A DNA stretch of 64,000 nucleotides from an uncultured Coriobacteriaceae bacterium (GTDB lineage: Bacteria > Actinomycetota > Coriobacteriia > Coriobacteriales > UMGS124): positions 13,847-77,846 of the forward strand of contig CAZUFB010000001.1 of assembly GCA_964619775.1 (NCBI GenBank), in the 5' to 3' direction. Below are positions 35,861-46,945 of the stretch, piece by piece. The stretch's first letter is position 1, and every line of letters starts with the position of its first letter. The notes below the pieces were generated by a model. It was not told the origin of the DNA, did no database searches, and saw nothing but the letters and a program-made list of their open reading frames with translations. Both the position numbers and the translations under genes were made by a program.

Positions 35861-36520
35861 ATGACACTGCTCGAACTGCTCACCCTGCTAAAAAAGCACC
35901 TGGCGCTCGTCATCGTGCTGCCGATTGTCTGCGCGGTCGCGATGGGGGTCGTCGCCTACGGTTTCATGCCCAACGTCTACACGGCCGAGACGAGCCTTTA
36001 CGTGCTCTCGCAGTCGAGCAGCGAAAGCTCCACGTCGCTGCAGAGCGACCTGAGCGCCAGCCAGCTCGTCGCCAACGACGTCGCCGCGCTGCTCGAGAGC
36101 AGCCGCGTCATCGACGCGGCGGCCGTACAGCTTGGCCTCGAAGACCTGAGCGGCTACGACGTCAGCGTCACGAGCAGCACGAGCAGCCGCGTCATCACGA
36201 TATCGGTCGAGGGGGAGGACCCGCAGGGTGCCGCCGACGTCGCCAACGCGATGGCCGAAAACGTATCCGAAGTTGTCATCGAGGTCATGAACGTCCAAAG
36301 CGTCAGCATCGTGGACGAGGCCGTCGCCCCCGTCAATCCGAGCGGTCCGAACCGCACGATGTACGTCGCCGTGGCGTTCTTGGCGGGCCTGTTCATCGCC
36401 GTTGCCATCGTCGTGCTCATCGACATGCTCAACACCAAGATCCGCAACTCCGAGGACGCCGAGGCCTTGCTGGGCGTGCCGGTCATCGGCCGCATGCCTG
36501 CAGTGAAAGGGAACAGGTAG
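35861..36520 (+). CDS. Wzz/CapA-type chain-length-determinant family protein (BY-kinase transmembrane modulator)
   Basis: N- and C-terminal TM helices flank a periplasmic-type domain. The C-terminal IRNSEDAEALLGVPVIG is the typical kinase-activating tail. Confidence 0.7.
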   Translation: MTLLELLTLLKKHLALVIVLPIVCAVAMGVVAYGFMPNVYTAETSLYVLSQSSSESSTSLQSDLSASQLVANDVAALLESSRVIDAAAVQLGLEDLSGYDVSVTSSTSSRVITISVEGEDPQGAADVANAMAENVSEVVIEVMNVQSVSIVDEAVAPVNPSGPNRTMYVAVAFLAGLFIAVAIVVLIDMLNTKIRNSEDAEALLGVPVIGRMPAVKGNR

Positions 36521-36526
36521 CCAGCC

Positions 36527-37315
36527 ATGAAGAAACGCTATACCGTCGACCGTTCTGTCCTGCAGAATTCCGCCAAGACCCTGTTGGCAAACATCCGTTT
36601 CGCGAATGTCGACGATCCCATCAAGACGGTCGTTTTGACCTCCTCGGTCCCCAACGAAGGCAAGTCCACGGTGTCGGTGAACCTTGCCGAGGCCATCGCT
36701 TCAAGCGGTAAGACCTGCCTCGTGATGGAGTGCGACATGCGCAAGCGCTCGCTCTACCGCCACCTGGGTGTTCGTCCTGCGTCGGGCATCTACGCGGTGC
36801 TGACCGACCAGGTGCCGCTTGACCAGGCGATCGTGGAGACCCGCATCCCCAACCTTTTCTTCCTCGACGCCGAGCCTTCGATTCCCAACCCGGCCGACAT
36901 CATCTCCTCCAAACGCTTCGGCAAGCTGTTGCGTGTCCTTGAAGAGCGCTATGACTACATCGTGCTCGACACCCCGCCGGTAGGCACCTTCGTCGATGCG
37001 GCCATCCTTTCCTCGATGGTCGACGCCACGGTGTTCGTGCTGCGCGAGAACTTCGCCAAGCGTGCCGAAATTGAAAACGCCTTCTCCCAGCTCAAGAAGG
37101 CCGACGCCAACGTTATCGGCACGGTGCTCAACTTCTGTCAGGACGACGCCAACTCGTCGAGCTACTACTATTACGACTATTACAGCAAAGATACCGGCAA
37201 GAAGGGGAGCGGCCACCGCCATCACCACCACTCCTCCTCTTCGTTGTCCGCCGCGTCTGAGAGGGGCACCGCATCCTCTCCCGCGCCTGCTGCGGCCGGC
37301 AAGCGTTTTAAGTAA
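36527..37315 (+). CDS. CpsD/CapB-family bacterial tyrosine kinase (BY-kinase)
   Basis: Walker A SSVPNEGKST, Walker A' LVMECDMRKRS and Walker B YIVLDTPPV. C-terminal Tyr cluster SSSYYYYDYYSKD, followed by HRHHHH. Confidence 0.8.
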   Translation: MKKRYTVDRSVLQNSAKTLLANIRFANVDDPIKTVVLTSSVPNEGKSTVSVNLAEAIASSGKTCLVMECDMRKRSLYRHLGVRPASGIYAVLTDQVPLDQAIVETRIPNLFFLDAEPSIPNPADIISSKRFGKLLRVLEERYDYIVLDTPPVGTFVDAAILSSMVDATVFVLRENFAKRAEIENAFSQLKKADANVIGTVLNFCQDDANSSSYYYYDYYSKDTGKKGSGHRHHHHSSSSLSAASERGTASSPAPAAAGKRFK

Positions 37316-37367
37316 ACGGCGCGATGCGCCTTCGTCCCGGCAGGGCGTCTCGGTTGGTTTGCGTCTG

Positions 37368-37406
37368 CGCGCCCGGAAGGCCGAGGCCTTTCGGGCGCGT
37401 TTTGTT
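37368..37406 (+). terminator. Rho-independent terminator after the BY-kinase gene
   Basis: CGCGCCCGGAAGGCC (37368-37382) pairs with GGCCTTTCGGGCGCG (37385-37399) with one mismatch. It is followed by TTTTGTT. Confidence 0.75.
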
Positions 37407-37480
37407 GAGCGCGGCGCTGCGCGCCGTTTCGCGTCGCCCCCGGGGAAGGCGACGTGAAGATTCAGAAAGGCGGACTGCCC

Positions 37481-38968
37481 ATGCCCATACGTGCGGGTTT
37501 CGACAACGACCGCTATATCGAGCTGCAGGCCGAACGCATCAAGGATCGCATCTCCCAGTTCGGCGGCAAGCTGTACCTCGAGTTCGGCGGCAAGCTGTTC
37601 GACGACTACCATGCGGCGCGCGTGCTGCCCGGCTTCGAGCCCGACACCAAGTTCCGCATGCTGCTCAGCATGGTGGACGACGTCGAGATCCTCGTCGTCA
37701 TCAACGCCGACGACATCGAGAAGAACAAGCGGCGCGGCGACCTGGGCATCACCTACGACGAGGACGTGCTGCGCCTTTTGGACGCCTTCCGTGGGATGGG
37801 CTTCTACGTGGGCGGCGTCGTGGTGACGCGCTATGCCGGCCAGACGGGAACCGACGCGTTCTGCCGCAGGCTCGACGACCTTGGGATGCGTTGGTATCGC
37901 CACTATCCGATCAACGGATATCCCTACGACGTCGAGCGCATCGTGGGCGACGACGGCTTCGGTAAAAACGACTACGTCGAAACGTCGCGCCCGCTCGTGG
38001 TGGTGACGGCGCCCGGTCCCGGCAGCGGCAAGATGGCAACCTGCCTGTCGCAGCTTTTTCACGAGTTCAAACGCGGGGTGGCCGCCGGCTACGCCAAGTA
38101 CGAGACCTTCCCGGTATGGAACCTTCCGCTCAAACACCCGGTAAACATCGCCTACGAGGCAGCGACGGCAGACCTCAACGACGCCAACGTCATCGACCCG
38201 TTCCATCTTGAAGCCTACGGCGAAGTCGCCGTCAACTACAACCGCGACGTCGAGACGTTCCCCGTGCTCAAAGCAATGATGGAGAAGATCATGGGCGAGA
38301 GCCCCTACCGGTCTCCCACCGACATGGGCGTCAACATGGCGGGCTTCGCCATTGCGGACGACGAGGCCGTGAGCGTCGCTGCCAAGGCCGAGATCGTGCG
38401 GCGCTACTTCCAGGCGGCCGCCGAGTCCAAGCGCACCGGGTTGGGGGAGGGGCAGGTGGCCACGCTCGAGCTGCTCATGAAGCAGGCGGGCGTCGACGCG
38501 GACCTGTCGCCCGCCCGTGCGGCGGCCCTGTCCAAGGAGAGGCAGACCGGGGCCCCGGCGGGCGCCCTGCAGCTGCCTGACGGGCGCATCGTGACCGGGC
38601 GCACCTCCGCAAGGCTGGGCGCCGCCTCCTCGCTTCTGCTCAACGCCCTCAAACAGGTGGCTGGCATTCCCGAGGAGACCTATATCATCAGCGACGAGGC
38701 GCTCGACCCCATCTGCCGCCTCAAGACTGCGTGCCTGCGCAGCAAGAACCCGCGACTGCATCCAGAGGAGATGCTCATCGCGCTGTCGGTGAGCGCCTCG
38801 TCAAACCCGCTTGCGGCCCGTGCCATCGACTGCGTGCGCGAGCTGGCAGGGTGCGACGCCTATTTCTCGGTCATCGTCTCGATTGCCGACGAGAAGCTTT
38901 ATCGCACACTGGGTGTCAACGTGTGCTGCGAGCCGAAGTTCGAACGGCGCACGTTTTATCACCGGTAG
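37481..38968 (+). CDS. DUF1846 / UPF0371 family protein
   Basis: GFDNDRYIELQAERIKDRISQFGGKLYLEFGGKLFDDYHAARVLPGFEPDTK is the conserved N-terminus of this family as I remember it. About 495 aa from ATG 37481; GTG 37454 is an alternative start. Confidence 0.65.
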   Translation: MPIRAGFDNDRYIELQAERIKDRISQFGGKLYLEFGGKLFDDYHAARVLPGFEPDTKFRMLLSMVDDVEILVVINADDIEKNKRRGDLGITYDEDVLRLLDAFRGMGFYVGGVVVTRYAGQTGTDAFCRRLDDLGMRWYRHYPINGYPYDVERIVGDDGFGKNDYVETSRPLVVVTAPGPGSGKMATCLSQLFHEFKRGVAAGYAKYETFPVWNLPLKHPVNIAYEAATADLNDANVIDPFHLEAYGEVAVNYNRDVETFPVLKAMMEKIMGESPYRSPTDMGVNMAGFAIADDEAVSVAAKAEIVRRYFQAAAESKRTGLGEGQVATLELLMKQAGVDADLSPARAAALSKERQTGAPAGALQLPDGRIVTGRTSARLGAASSLLLNALKQVAGIPEETYIISDEALDPICRLKTACLRSKNPRLHPEEMLIALSVSASSNPLAARAIDCVRELAGCDAYFSVIVSIADEKLYRTLGVNVCCEPKFERRTFYHR

Positions 38969-39020
38969 GCCGAGCGCGCGTCAAGCGCGGGGCGTGTCCG
39001 GCCCGACGGCGCCGGCCGCG

Positions 39021-39503
39021 CTACTTGACGGTGAGCACCGGGATGTCGGCCGAGCGCAGCACCGCCGTGCTGACGCTGCCGAGCATGCTGCGCAAGGCTC
39101 CTAGGCCGCGTCGACCCATCACGATGAGGTCGCAGCCGTTTTCTGCGGCGTAGTCGGTGATGCCCGAGGCGGCGGAGACGCCCAGGGTCGCCTCGACGGC
39201 CGCCCGTCCGCCCAGACCCTCGATGAGCGGGGCCGCCTGTTCGGCCGCCGCGGTGCGGGCTCGGTCGAGCGCCGCCTCCACCGAGGAGCGGTAGCCGTCG
39301 TAGTCGAGCATCTCGATGGACATGCTGTCGAAGGCGCTCGTGCTTTCGGGGCCCATCGGTGCGCCGACGCTTGCGGAGGGCACGACGCTCACGACGCTAA
39401 GGCGCGCCGTGGGGTCGTCGCGTACGAGGTCGACGGCGATGCCGAGGGCGTTGAGCGCAGGATCGGACCCGTCGAAGGGGACCATGACGTTTTTGAACCG
39501 CAT
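39021..39503 (-). CDS. Universal stress protein (UspA family)
   Basis: MRFKNVMVPFDGSDPALNAL... and C-terminal LIVMGRRGLGALRSMLGSVSTAVLRSADIPVLTV. AAGGAG RBS. The track ORF is trimmed from 39638. Confidence 0.85.
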   Translation of the reverse strand: MRFKNVMVPFDGSDPALNALGIAVDLVRDDPTARLSVVSVVPSASVGAPMGPESTSAFDSMSIEMLDYDGYRSSVEAALDRARTAAAEQAAPLIEGLGGRAAVEATLGVSAASGITDYAAENGCDLIVMGRRGLGALRSMLGSVSTAVLRSADIPVLTVK

Positions 39504-39668
39504 GGCGGTGCTCCTTTCCGTATGGGACTCAAGTATGCGCCATCCTGTGGCGGTTTGTGCGCTCTTTTTGCACCCGGGCACCGCTGCGGCACCCGGGCGT
39601 ACAATGACCGCCATACGTCCCCAACGGCGGCACCGCACGCCGCCCGACCGGCAAGGGAGGCCTATACC

Positions 39669-40040
39669 ATGGCCGACGGTACAACCGTCTCCGACGACCT
39701 CGACGGCATCGACCTGCTCTCGTGCGACTTCACCTTCCGCGCTCCCGACAACGGGGGCGCCTATGCGCGCTATGACGCGCTGTTCGCTTTTGTCGCGGAA
39801 GAAAGCGGTGCCGCCTACCTGGTCTATGCAGACGCCGTGCCCGACGAGAGGGGAGAGGTGGGAACCTATGCCTCGCAGGTGCTCGACCTGGGGCAGGTCG
39901 AGCGCGCCACGGCGCAGGTCGAGGCGGGCTGCACGCCCAGGAAGCCGCCGGTCCTCGATCTCGCCGCCATCGAAGACGAGGCGGTGTGGGACCTGGTGGG
40001 CCGCGTGCTTGCCGCCGTGGAGGCCGAAGAGGAGGACTGA
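39669..40040 (+). CDS. Small acidic protein, DUF1292-like
   Basis: 123 aa. YDALFAFVAEESGAAYLVYAD...DERGEV...LAAIEDEAVWDLV resembles the DUF1292 pattern. GGGAGG RBS. Confidence 0.5.
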   Translation: MADGTTVSDDLDGIDLLSCDFTFRAPDNGGAYARYDALFAFVAEESGAAYLVYADAVPDERGEVGTYASQVLDLGQVERATAQVEAGCTPRKPPVLDLAAIEDEAVWDLVGRVLAAVEAEEED

Positions 40041-40192
40041 GGTTTTGCCGGACTCTGCGCGCGGTGTACGGGACTTGCAAGTCGTGTGCGTCTAACTTGT
40101 GTTTGCACGCCGGCAGGTACCGACCGTGCTACGCTATGCGGGCACGGCGGAGTCGTCTCCGCGGTCAACGTCTCTCGCCGAAAGGGGTTTTC

Positions 40193-40849
40193 GTGCGCGA
40201 CATCCACTGCCATATCCTGCCCGGTGTCGACGACGGCGCGAAGGACCTCGAGGAAAGCCTTGCGATGCTCGAGGCCGCCAAGAGCCACGGCGTCACCAGC
40301 ATCGTCTGCACGCCGCACTGCCGCGAGCCCTACTTCGACTACGACGCGATGTGGGAGGCCTACCACCTCCTCGTGGGGCACGCCGGCGGCTTTCCGCTGC
40401 AGATGGGCTTCGAGGTGAACCATGCCAAACTTATGGAGCTCGGCATGGAGTGGGCGGACCGGCTGCACTTCGACGGCAGCGACGAGTTTCTGCTCGAACT
40501 GTCGACCCGGGCCACCGACGTCGAGTTCAAGCAGTACGAGCGCACGGTCTACGAGCTGCAGTGCAAGGGCTACGAAGTCATCATCGCCCATCCCGAACGC
40601 TACCGCCTTATCCAAAAGGACGTCTCCTATGCCGAGGAGTTCGTGCAGATGGGATGCAAGCTCCAGGCGTCGGCGGACTTTCTCAAAGGCGGCCGCCTCG
40701 GACGCGAGAAGAAGCCTGCCCAGCGCCTGTTCAACGCGCGCCTCTACACCTACATCGCAAGCGACGCGCACTGCGCGGAGCACTACCGGTATTTTCAGGA
40801 GGCGGTGGCGGAGTACCCCGTGCGCGGCCGCCATTTTGCCGCCTCTTAG
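40193..40849 (+). CDS. PHP-family protein-tyrosine phosphatase (CpsB/YwqE-like)
   Basis: GTG start with AAAGGGG RBS. VRDIHCHILPGVDDGA, CTPH, IAHPERY and IASDAH are the metal-binding histidine motifs of CpsB-type phosphatases. Confidence 0.75.
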   Translation: MRDIHCHILPGVDDGAKDLEESLAMLEAAKSHGVTSIVCTPHCREPYFDYDAMWEAYHLLVGHAGGFPLQMGFEVNHAKLMELGMEWADRLHFDGSDEFLLELSTRATDVEFKQYERTVYELQCKGYEVIIAHPERYRLIQKDVSYAEEFVQMGCKLQASADFLKGGRLGREKKPAQRLFNARLYTYIASDAHCAEHYRYFQEAVAEYPVRGRHFAAS

Positions 40850-41121
40850 GGCGGCGGGCCCCTTTAGAGCGATTCTCAAATGCCGAGCCTCGTTGCGCTC
40901 GGGCTCGCGTACCTTTTTGGCACCCATCCCCTGCGCCTCGCGCAGCTATTCTGCGGATTTCCCCGGTTCCCCATAACGTGCTTAAAATGTGGTAGAAAAT
41001 CCTCACGGGGCCGCCCGCGTCGGAGGCGGGCCGCATCCGGCTTGCGTCTGGTGTCCCAACCGTTGAATGCCGTCCGACGGCGGGCCGAGCGCCCGGCTGC
41101 GGACGGGGCGAGGAGGTAGCT

Positions 41122-42621
41122 ATGTCCGAAGAGCGTTGCGAGCAGAAGCCAGGCTGCACGGCGGGCGACAAGCCCAAGCGCGCGTTCAAGGAGGTGCCCG
41201 AGGCCGCCCAGGCGCGCCTCACATGGGTCTGCGAGGGTCGGGAGATCGCGTACACGGCGCGCGCCGCCCACATCGAGGTGCGCGAAGACGACGGCGAGCC
41301 CATCGGGTCCCTGTTCACGCTGACCTACACGGCCGTCGACGCCGACGGCAACGCCGACCCGGCGCGCCCGGTGACCTTCTGCTTCAACGGTGGCCCTGGA
41401 AGCGCGAGCGTCCTCGTGAACGTCGGCGGCATCGGGCCGCGCCGCGCGGTCCCCAACGGCGACCGCCGCATCGGGCCGGCCCCCTATGCCATCGAGGACA
41501 ACCCCTGCACGCTGCTCAAGGTGAGCGACCTGGTGTTCATCGACGCGCTGGGCACCGGCTGGTCGGTGCTCGCCGACAACGTCGAGCCCAAGCGCGCCTG
41601 GGGCGTCGACAACGACGCCGACTGCTTCGCGCGCTGCATCGCCGCCTGGCTTGAGGAGACCGGGCGCTGGAACTCGCCGCTCTACCTGTTCGGCGAGTCT
41701 TACGGCACCACGCGCAACGCCGTGCTCTGCCGCACGCTCGAGCAGCGCGCCATCGGGCTCAACGGCGTCGTGATGCTTTCCGCCATCTTCGACTGGACGC
41801 CTACCGTCCCCGGCAACGACGCCAACTACGTCCAGCTGTTCCCCACCTTCGCGGCGATCGCCAAGTACCACGGCCGCAGCGAGCTGGGCGAGGGGCTCTC
41901 CGACGACGAGCTGTTCGAGCGCGCCTGCACCTTCGCCGAAACGCGGCTGGCCCCGGCGCTGCTGCTCGGCGACCGCCTCGAAGCCGACGTCGAGACCGAG
42001 CTTGCCAAGGAGATGGCCAAATACCTCGGCCTTTCCAAGAAGTACCTCCTTCGCAAGCACCTGCGTGTCGAGCTCACCGACTTCCGTCAGGAGCTACTGC
42101 GCGACGAAGGCCGCGTCTGCGGCCGCCTCGACGGGCGCTTCACCTTCGAGGCGGGCAACTTCCTGCAGACGAGCGCCGAGGGAACGCCGGAGGACGACCC
42201 GAGCGACTCCGCCACGAAGGCCGCGTGGGCCGCGGCGTTCCGCACCATCGTGTCGGGCGAGATCGGCTACCGCAACCCGCTGCCCTACAAGATGAGCGCC
42301 TGGGAGACCGTGGGCCTGTCGTGGGTCCACACCCACACGAGCGCCGGCGCCGCCTACAAGGCCGAGACCCCCAACGTGGCCTACGACCTGGCCGAGACGA
42401 TGCGCCACAACCCGCTTATGAAGGTCATCGTCCTGGGCGGCCGCTACGACCTCGCCACCCCGTTCCTCGGTCCCATCGAGGACATGTCCCGCATGTACCT
42501 GGGCCCCGAGGTGAAGAAGAACCTGTCGTGGAAGCTCTACGACGCCGGCCACATGATCTACGTGAACCCCGACGCCTGCGTGAAGATGGCCGCCGACGTG
42601 GAGGAGTTCTACCGGAGCTAA
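41122..42621 (+). CDS. Serine carboxypeptidase, peptidase S10 family
   Basis: FCFNGGPGSAS, the nucleophile LFGESYGT and the late AGHMIY motif. GAGGAGG RBS. Confidence 0.7.
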   Translation: MSEERCEQKPGCTAGDKPKRAFKEVPEAAQARLTWVCEGREIAYTARAAHIEVREDDGEPIGSLFTLTYTAVDADGNADPARPVTFCFNGGPGSASVLVNVGGIGPRRAVPNGDRRIGPAPYAIEDNPCTLLKVSDLVFIDALGTGWSVLADNVEPKRAWGVDNDADCFARCIAAWLEETGRWNSPLYLFGESYGTTRNAVLCRTLEQRAIGLNGVVMLSAIFDWTPTVPGNDANYVQLFPTFAAIAKYHGRSELGEGLSDDELFERACTFAETRLAPALLLGDRLEADVETELAKEMAKYLGLSKKYLLRKHLRVELTDFRQELLRDEGRVCGRLDGRFTFEAGNFLQTSAEGTPEDDPSDSATKAAWAAAFRTIVSGEIGYRNPLPYKMSAWETVGLSWVHTHTSAGAAYKAETPNVAYDLAETMRHNPLMKVIVLGGRYDLATPFLGPIEDMSRMYLGPEVKKNLSWKLYDAGHMIYVNPDACVKMAADVEEFYRS

Positions 42622-42626
42622 GGGCC

Positions 42627-42662
42627 GGGTCCGGCCGTCCGCCTTCCCGATCGGCCGGACCC
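42627..42662. terminator. 11-bp perfect hairpin between the convergent S10 peptidase and U32 genes
   Basis: GGGTCCGGCCG (42627-42637) pairs with CGGCCGGACCC (42652-42662). No T-run on either strand, and the right arm touches the U32 stop codon. Confidence 0.35.
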
Positions 42663-45163
42663 TACCCGATGCGCTCGAACAGATGGCCCGAGTTGGCGCC
42701 GTGCTCGCGCGGGGCGGGGGCGCGTCCGGCACGGGCGGCCTCGAGCGCGCGGACGGCCCGCGCGACGGCGCGCCCGGCCTCTTCGGGTGCGAGCAGCTGG
42801 GCGTCCACCATGAAGCGTTCCACCCCGAAGACGAGCAGCTCGGGGATCTGGGGAGTCGCGTCGAGGGGGCTTACCTGCCACAGGCGGGAACGTCCCAGCT
42901 CGTCGCTTGTCACATACGATGGGCGGTCGAACTCGTCGCGCAGGGTCAGGCGCATGCGTCGACGCGTGCAGGTGCGGCAGCTCTGGGCGCAGTCGCCCAT
43001 CGACTGCAGGATGCAGTGCTCGGTGGTCATCGTGCGCAGGTGCCCCGAGACGACGATGCCCAGGGGAATCTCCGAGGCGCGGGCAAGCGCGGCGATTTCG
43101 AGCAGCTCCAGCTCGGGCGAAAGCCACAGGCCCTGCGCCCCGGCCGAGGCGAGCTCGCGGACGGCGGCATGGTTGTGCAGCGGGACCGTGTGCCACAGCC
43201 AGGGGCGCGCGCCGCGCTCCACGGCGAGGTCGAGCCACGAGACCGTTCCGCAGACGACCGGCATCCCCGCGGCGACAAGCCCCGCGAGGCGCCGGACGTC
43301 GGACGCGCGACTCACCTCGCCGAACACGGGCACCACGCCCGCAGGCCATTCCGTGCCGCTGCCGGCCAGGTCGGGACGACAGCTCGCCCCCGGGCCGAGC
43401 ACGAGATCGTCGGCGGGCGCGTAGACGGCGTCGGCCCCGGCGGCCGTCGCGGCGCGCGCGGCGTCCGGCGAGGTCACGAGCGCGCATATGCGGCCCCGTC
43501 CTGCCTCGGCGCCCGACTGGCGGGCGGGCGACGGCGCCTTCAGGCTGAACGGTGCGTCGATGAGCGTGGCCGCGCGCTTATCCCACGGCGCAAGCAGCGC
43601 CTGCCGCAGCGCCTCGACCGCCTCGGCGCGCACCGCGTGCACGGCCGAGAAGCCCATGCCCGCACCTTCGTCGAGCTCGATTTCCCATGAGACGGCCTCG
43701 AACGGGCTCGTCCCGAAGCGCCCCACGTGCTCGCGCAGGTCGTCGGCGCTCACCGGTCGGGTGCGGGCCGGCTCCACGATGAAGCCTTCCGCCCGTGCGC
43801 GCACGGGCAGGTCCCCCAGCGCCGGATGGCCGTCGCCCGGCAGCGTCTCGAGCTCCACGCAGAAGGGCACGCCGATGCGCGCCGTGACCCTCGCGATCAC
43901 GCGGCGTTTGCGCGGCCAGGTGCGCGCGGCGAAGGAGCGGGCCTGCGCCATGCCCGCCTCGCTGCGGATGACGCGCACCGGGCATCCCGTGCCCATGGCG
44001 CGCGGCAGGCGCACGCCGAGCTCGGTGTGCGCGTCGGCGTCGCGCGGGGCGGGCACGGTCACGTAGTCGTCGAAACGGTCCGGGTTGCGCACTTCAAGCA
44101 GATCGCCCTCGCCCACCGGCTCCGTCAGCCCCAGAACGGTCGTGCGCCCCTCGACGCGCGCGACCGACCCGGCAAGCTGGCCGCGGTTGTTGCCGCGTTC
44201 GTAGGACATCATCTCGTTGCCGCTGCGCCCGTGCAGGTAGGCGTCGGTGAAGTCGCGGTTGAACGCGCGGGCGAGCGAGCGCATCACGGAGGCGTCGGCC
44301 TGCGGCTCCCGCCCGGCGGCGAGCTCGTCGAGGGCGCGACGGTAGGCCCCCACGACCGTGCCCACATAGTCGGGAGCCTTCATGCGCCCCTCCACCTTGA
44401 GCGCCCCGCAGCCCGCGTCCACAAGGGCCTGGAGGTCGTCGATCGTGCAGTTGTCGCGCGGCGACAGCAGGCGCGTGCCGTTCGCGCGCGCCTGCTGCCG
44501 GCCCTGCGCGTCCACCAAGCGGTAGGGCAGGCGGCAGGGTTGCCGGCACAGCCCGCGGTTGGCCGACCTGCCGCGCTGCACGCTGCTCAGCAGGCATTCG
44601 CCCGAATAGCAGACGCACAGCGCCCCGTGTCCAAAAACCTCGAGTTCCGCCCCTTCGTGCGAACAGGCCTCGATCTCCATGAGCGACAGCTCGCGCGACA
44701 GCGTGACCCGTTCGCAGCCATGTCGGCGGGCGAAGCGCACGCCGCGCGGGTCGTGCACGTTGGCCTGGGTGGAAAGATGCAGCTCGAGCTCGGGCCACAG
44801 CTCGCGCACAAGGCGCAGCAGCCCCCAGTCCTGCACGATGAAGGCGTCGGCGCCCGCCGCGGCGCAGTCGTGCACAAGGCGCAGGGCGTCGGCGAGCTCG
44901 TCTTCGCGGACAAGGATGTTCGCCGTCACGTAGACGCGCGTCCCGGCGAGGTGTGCCATCCGGCACGCCTCGGCGAACTCGTCGAGCGTGAGGTTGTCGG
45001 CGTTGCGCCGCGCGTTGAACGCCCCCGTGCCGCAGTACACTGCGTCGGCGCCCGCGGCGAGCGCCGCCTTGAACGCGTCGAGCGTGCCGGCCGGGGCGAG
45101 CAGCTCGGGCAGGCGGCGTGCGGAAGGGGCGGGGGCGGTGTCCGGGACGTTCGCATGGGGCAT
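42662..45163 (-). CDS. Tandem-module peptidase-U32-family protein (TrhP/RlhA/UbiU-UbiV-type, probable Fe-S hydroxylase-like)
   Basis: Start MPHANVP (ATG 45163-45161), 833 aa. The N-terminal module has ELLAPAGTLDAFKAALAAGADAVY, LHLSTQANV, EVFGHGALCVCYSGECLLSS...RGLCRQPCR and KVEGRMK. A second degenerate U32-like module reads LSPELELLEI...VVSGHLRTMTTEHCILQSMGDCAQSCRTC. The rest of the 1327-aa track ORF is antisense to tgt and is rejected. Confidence 0.75.
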   Translation of the reverse strand: MPHANVPDTAPAPSARRLPELLAPAGTLDAFKAALAAGADAVYCGTGAFNARRNADNLTLDEFAEACRMAHLAGTRVYVTANILVREDELADALRLVHDCAAAGADAFIVQDWGLLRLVRELWPELELHLSTQANVHDPRGVRFARRHGCERVTLSRELSLMEIEACSHEGAELEVFGHGALCVCYSGECLLSSVQRGRSANRGLCRQPCRLPYRLVDAQGRQQARANGTRLLSPRDNCTIDDLQALVDAGCGALKVEGRMKAPDYVGTVVGAYRRALDELAAGREPQADASVMRSLARAFNRDFTDAYLHGRSGNEMMSYERGNNRGQLAGSVARVEGRTTVLGLTEPVGEGDLLEVRNPDRFDDYVTVPAPRDADAHTELGVRLPRAMGTGCPVRVIRSEAGMAQARSFAARTWPRKRRVIARVTARIGVPFCVELETLPGDGHPALGDLPVRARAEGFIVEPARTRPVSADDLREHVGRFGTSPFEAVSWEIELDEGAGMGFSAVHAVRAEAVEALRQALLAPWDKRAATLIDAPFSLKAPSPARQSGAEAGRGRICALVTSPDAARAATAAGADAVYAPADDLVLGPGASCRPDLAGSGTEWPAGVVPVFGEVSRASDVRRLAGLVAAGMPVVCGTVSWLDLAVERGARPWLWHTVPLHNHAAVRELASAGAQGLWLSPELELLEIAALARASEIPLGIVVSGHLRTMTTEHCILQSMGDCAQSCRTCTRRRMRLTLRDEFDRPSYVTSDELGRSRLWQVSPLDATPQIPELLVFGVERFMVDAQLLAPEEAGRAVARAVRALEAARAGRAPAPREHGANSGHLFERIG

Positions 45164-45259
45164 GGCGCAGGTCTCAACTCCTGGGGACGGGGCGACGGGT
45201 GCGCGGACGGCATGTCCGATCGACGGTGAGGAAAGCGGCATCGTAGCAGGTCGCTGTGA

Positions 45260-46717
<1,458 letters not shown>

Positions 46718-46843
46718 GCTGCCTGGTTTTTGAGGGGGTGCCGATTCGACGCGGTCGCGGGCTGCCTCCGACCATGTCTTTGGAACATGTGGGCGCCCTT
46801 ATGCAGGATTGCATTTGACGCGCCTGCCCGGTTGGCGGAGCGC

Positions 46844-46849
46844 TATACT
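46844..46849 (+). promoter_or_regulatory. TATACT -10-like box upstream of secD
   Basis: 97 nt upstream of ATG 46946. A TTGACG at 46815-46820 lies too far away (23 nt) for a canonical -35. Confidence 0.25.
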
Positions 46850-46945
46850 ATTTCGCCATATGACCCGAAACGGGCGCCCCCTGCGTCTTGGCCCGACTGC
46901 CGAGACGTCGCGGGGCGTCCGGCGTATGCATACGGAAGGTAGCGC

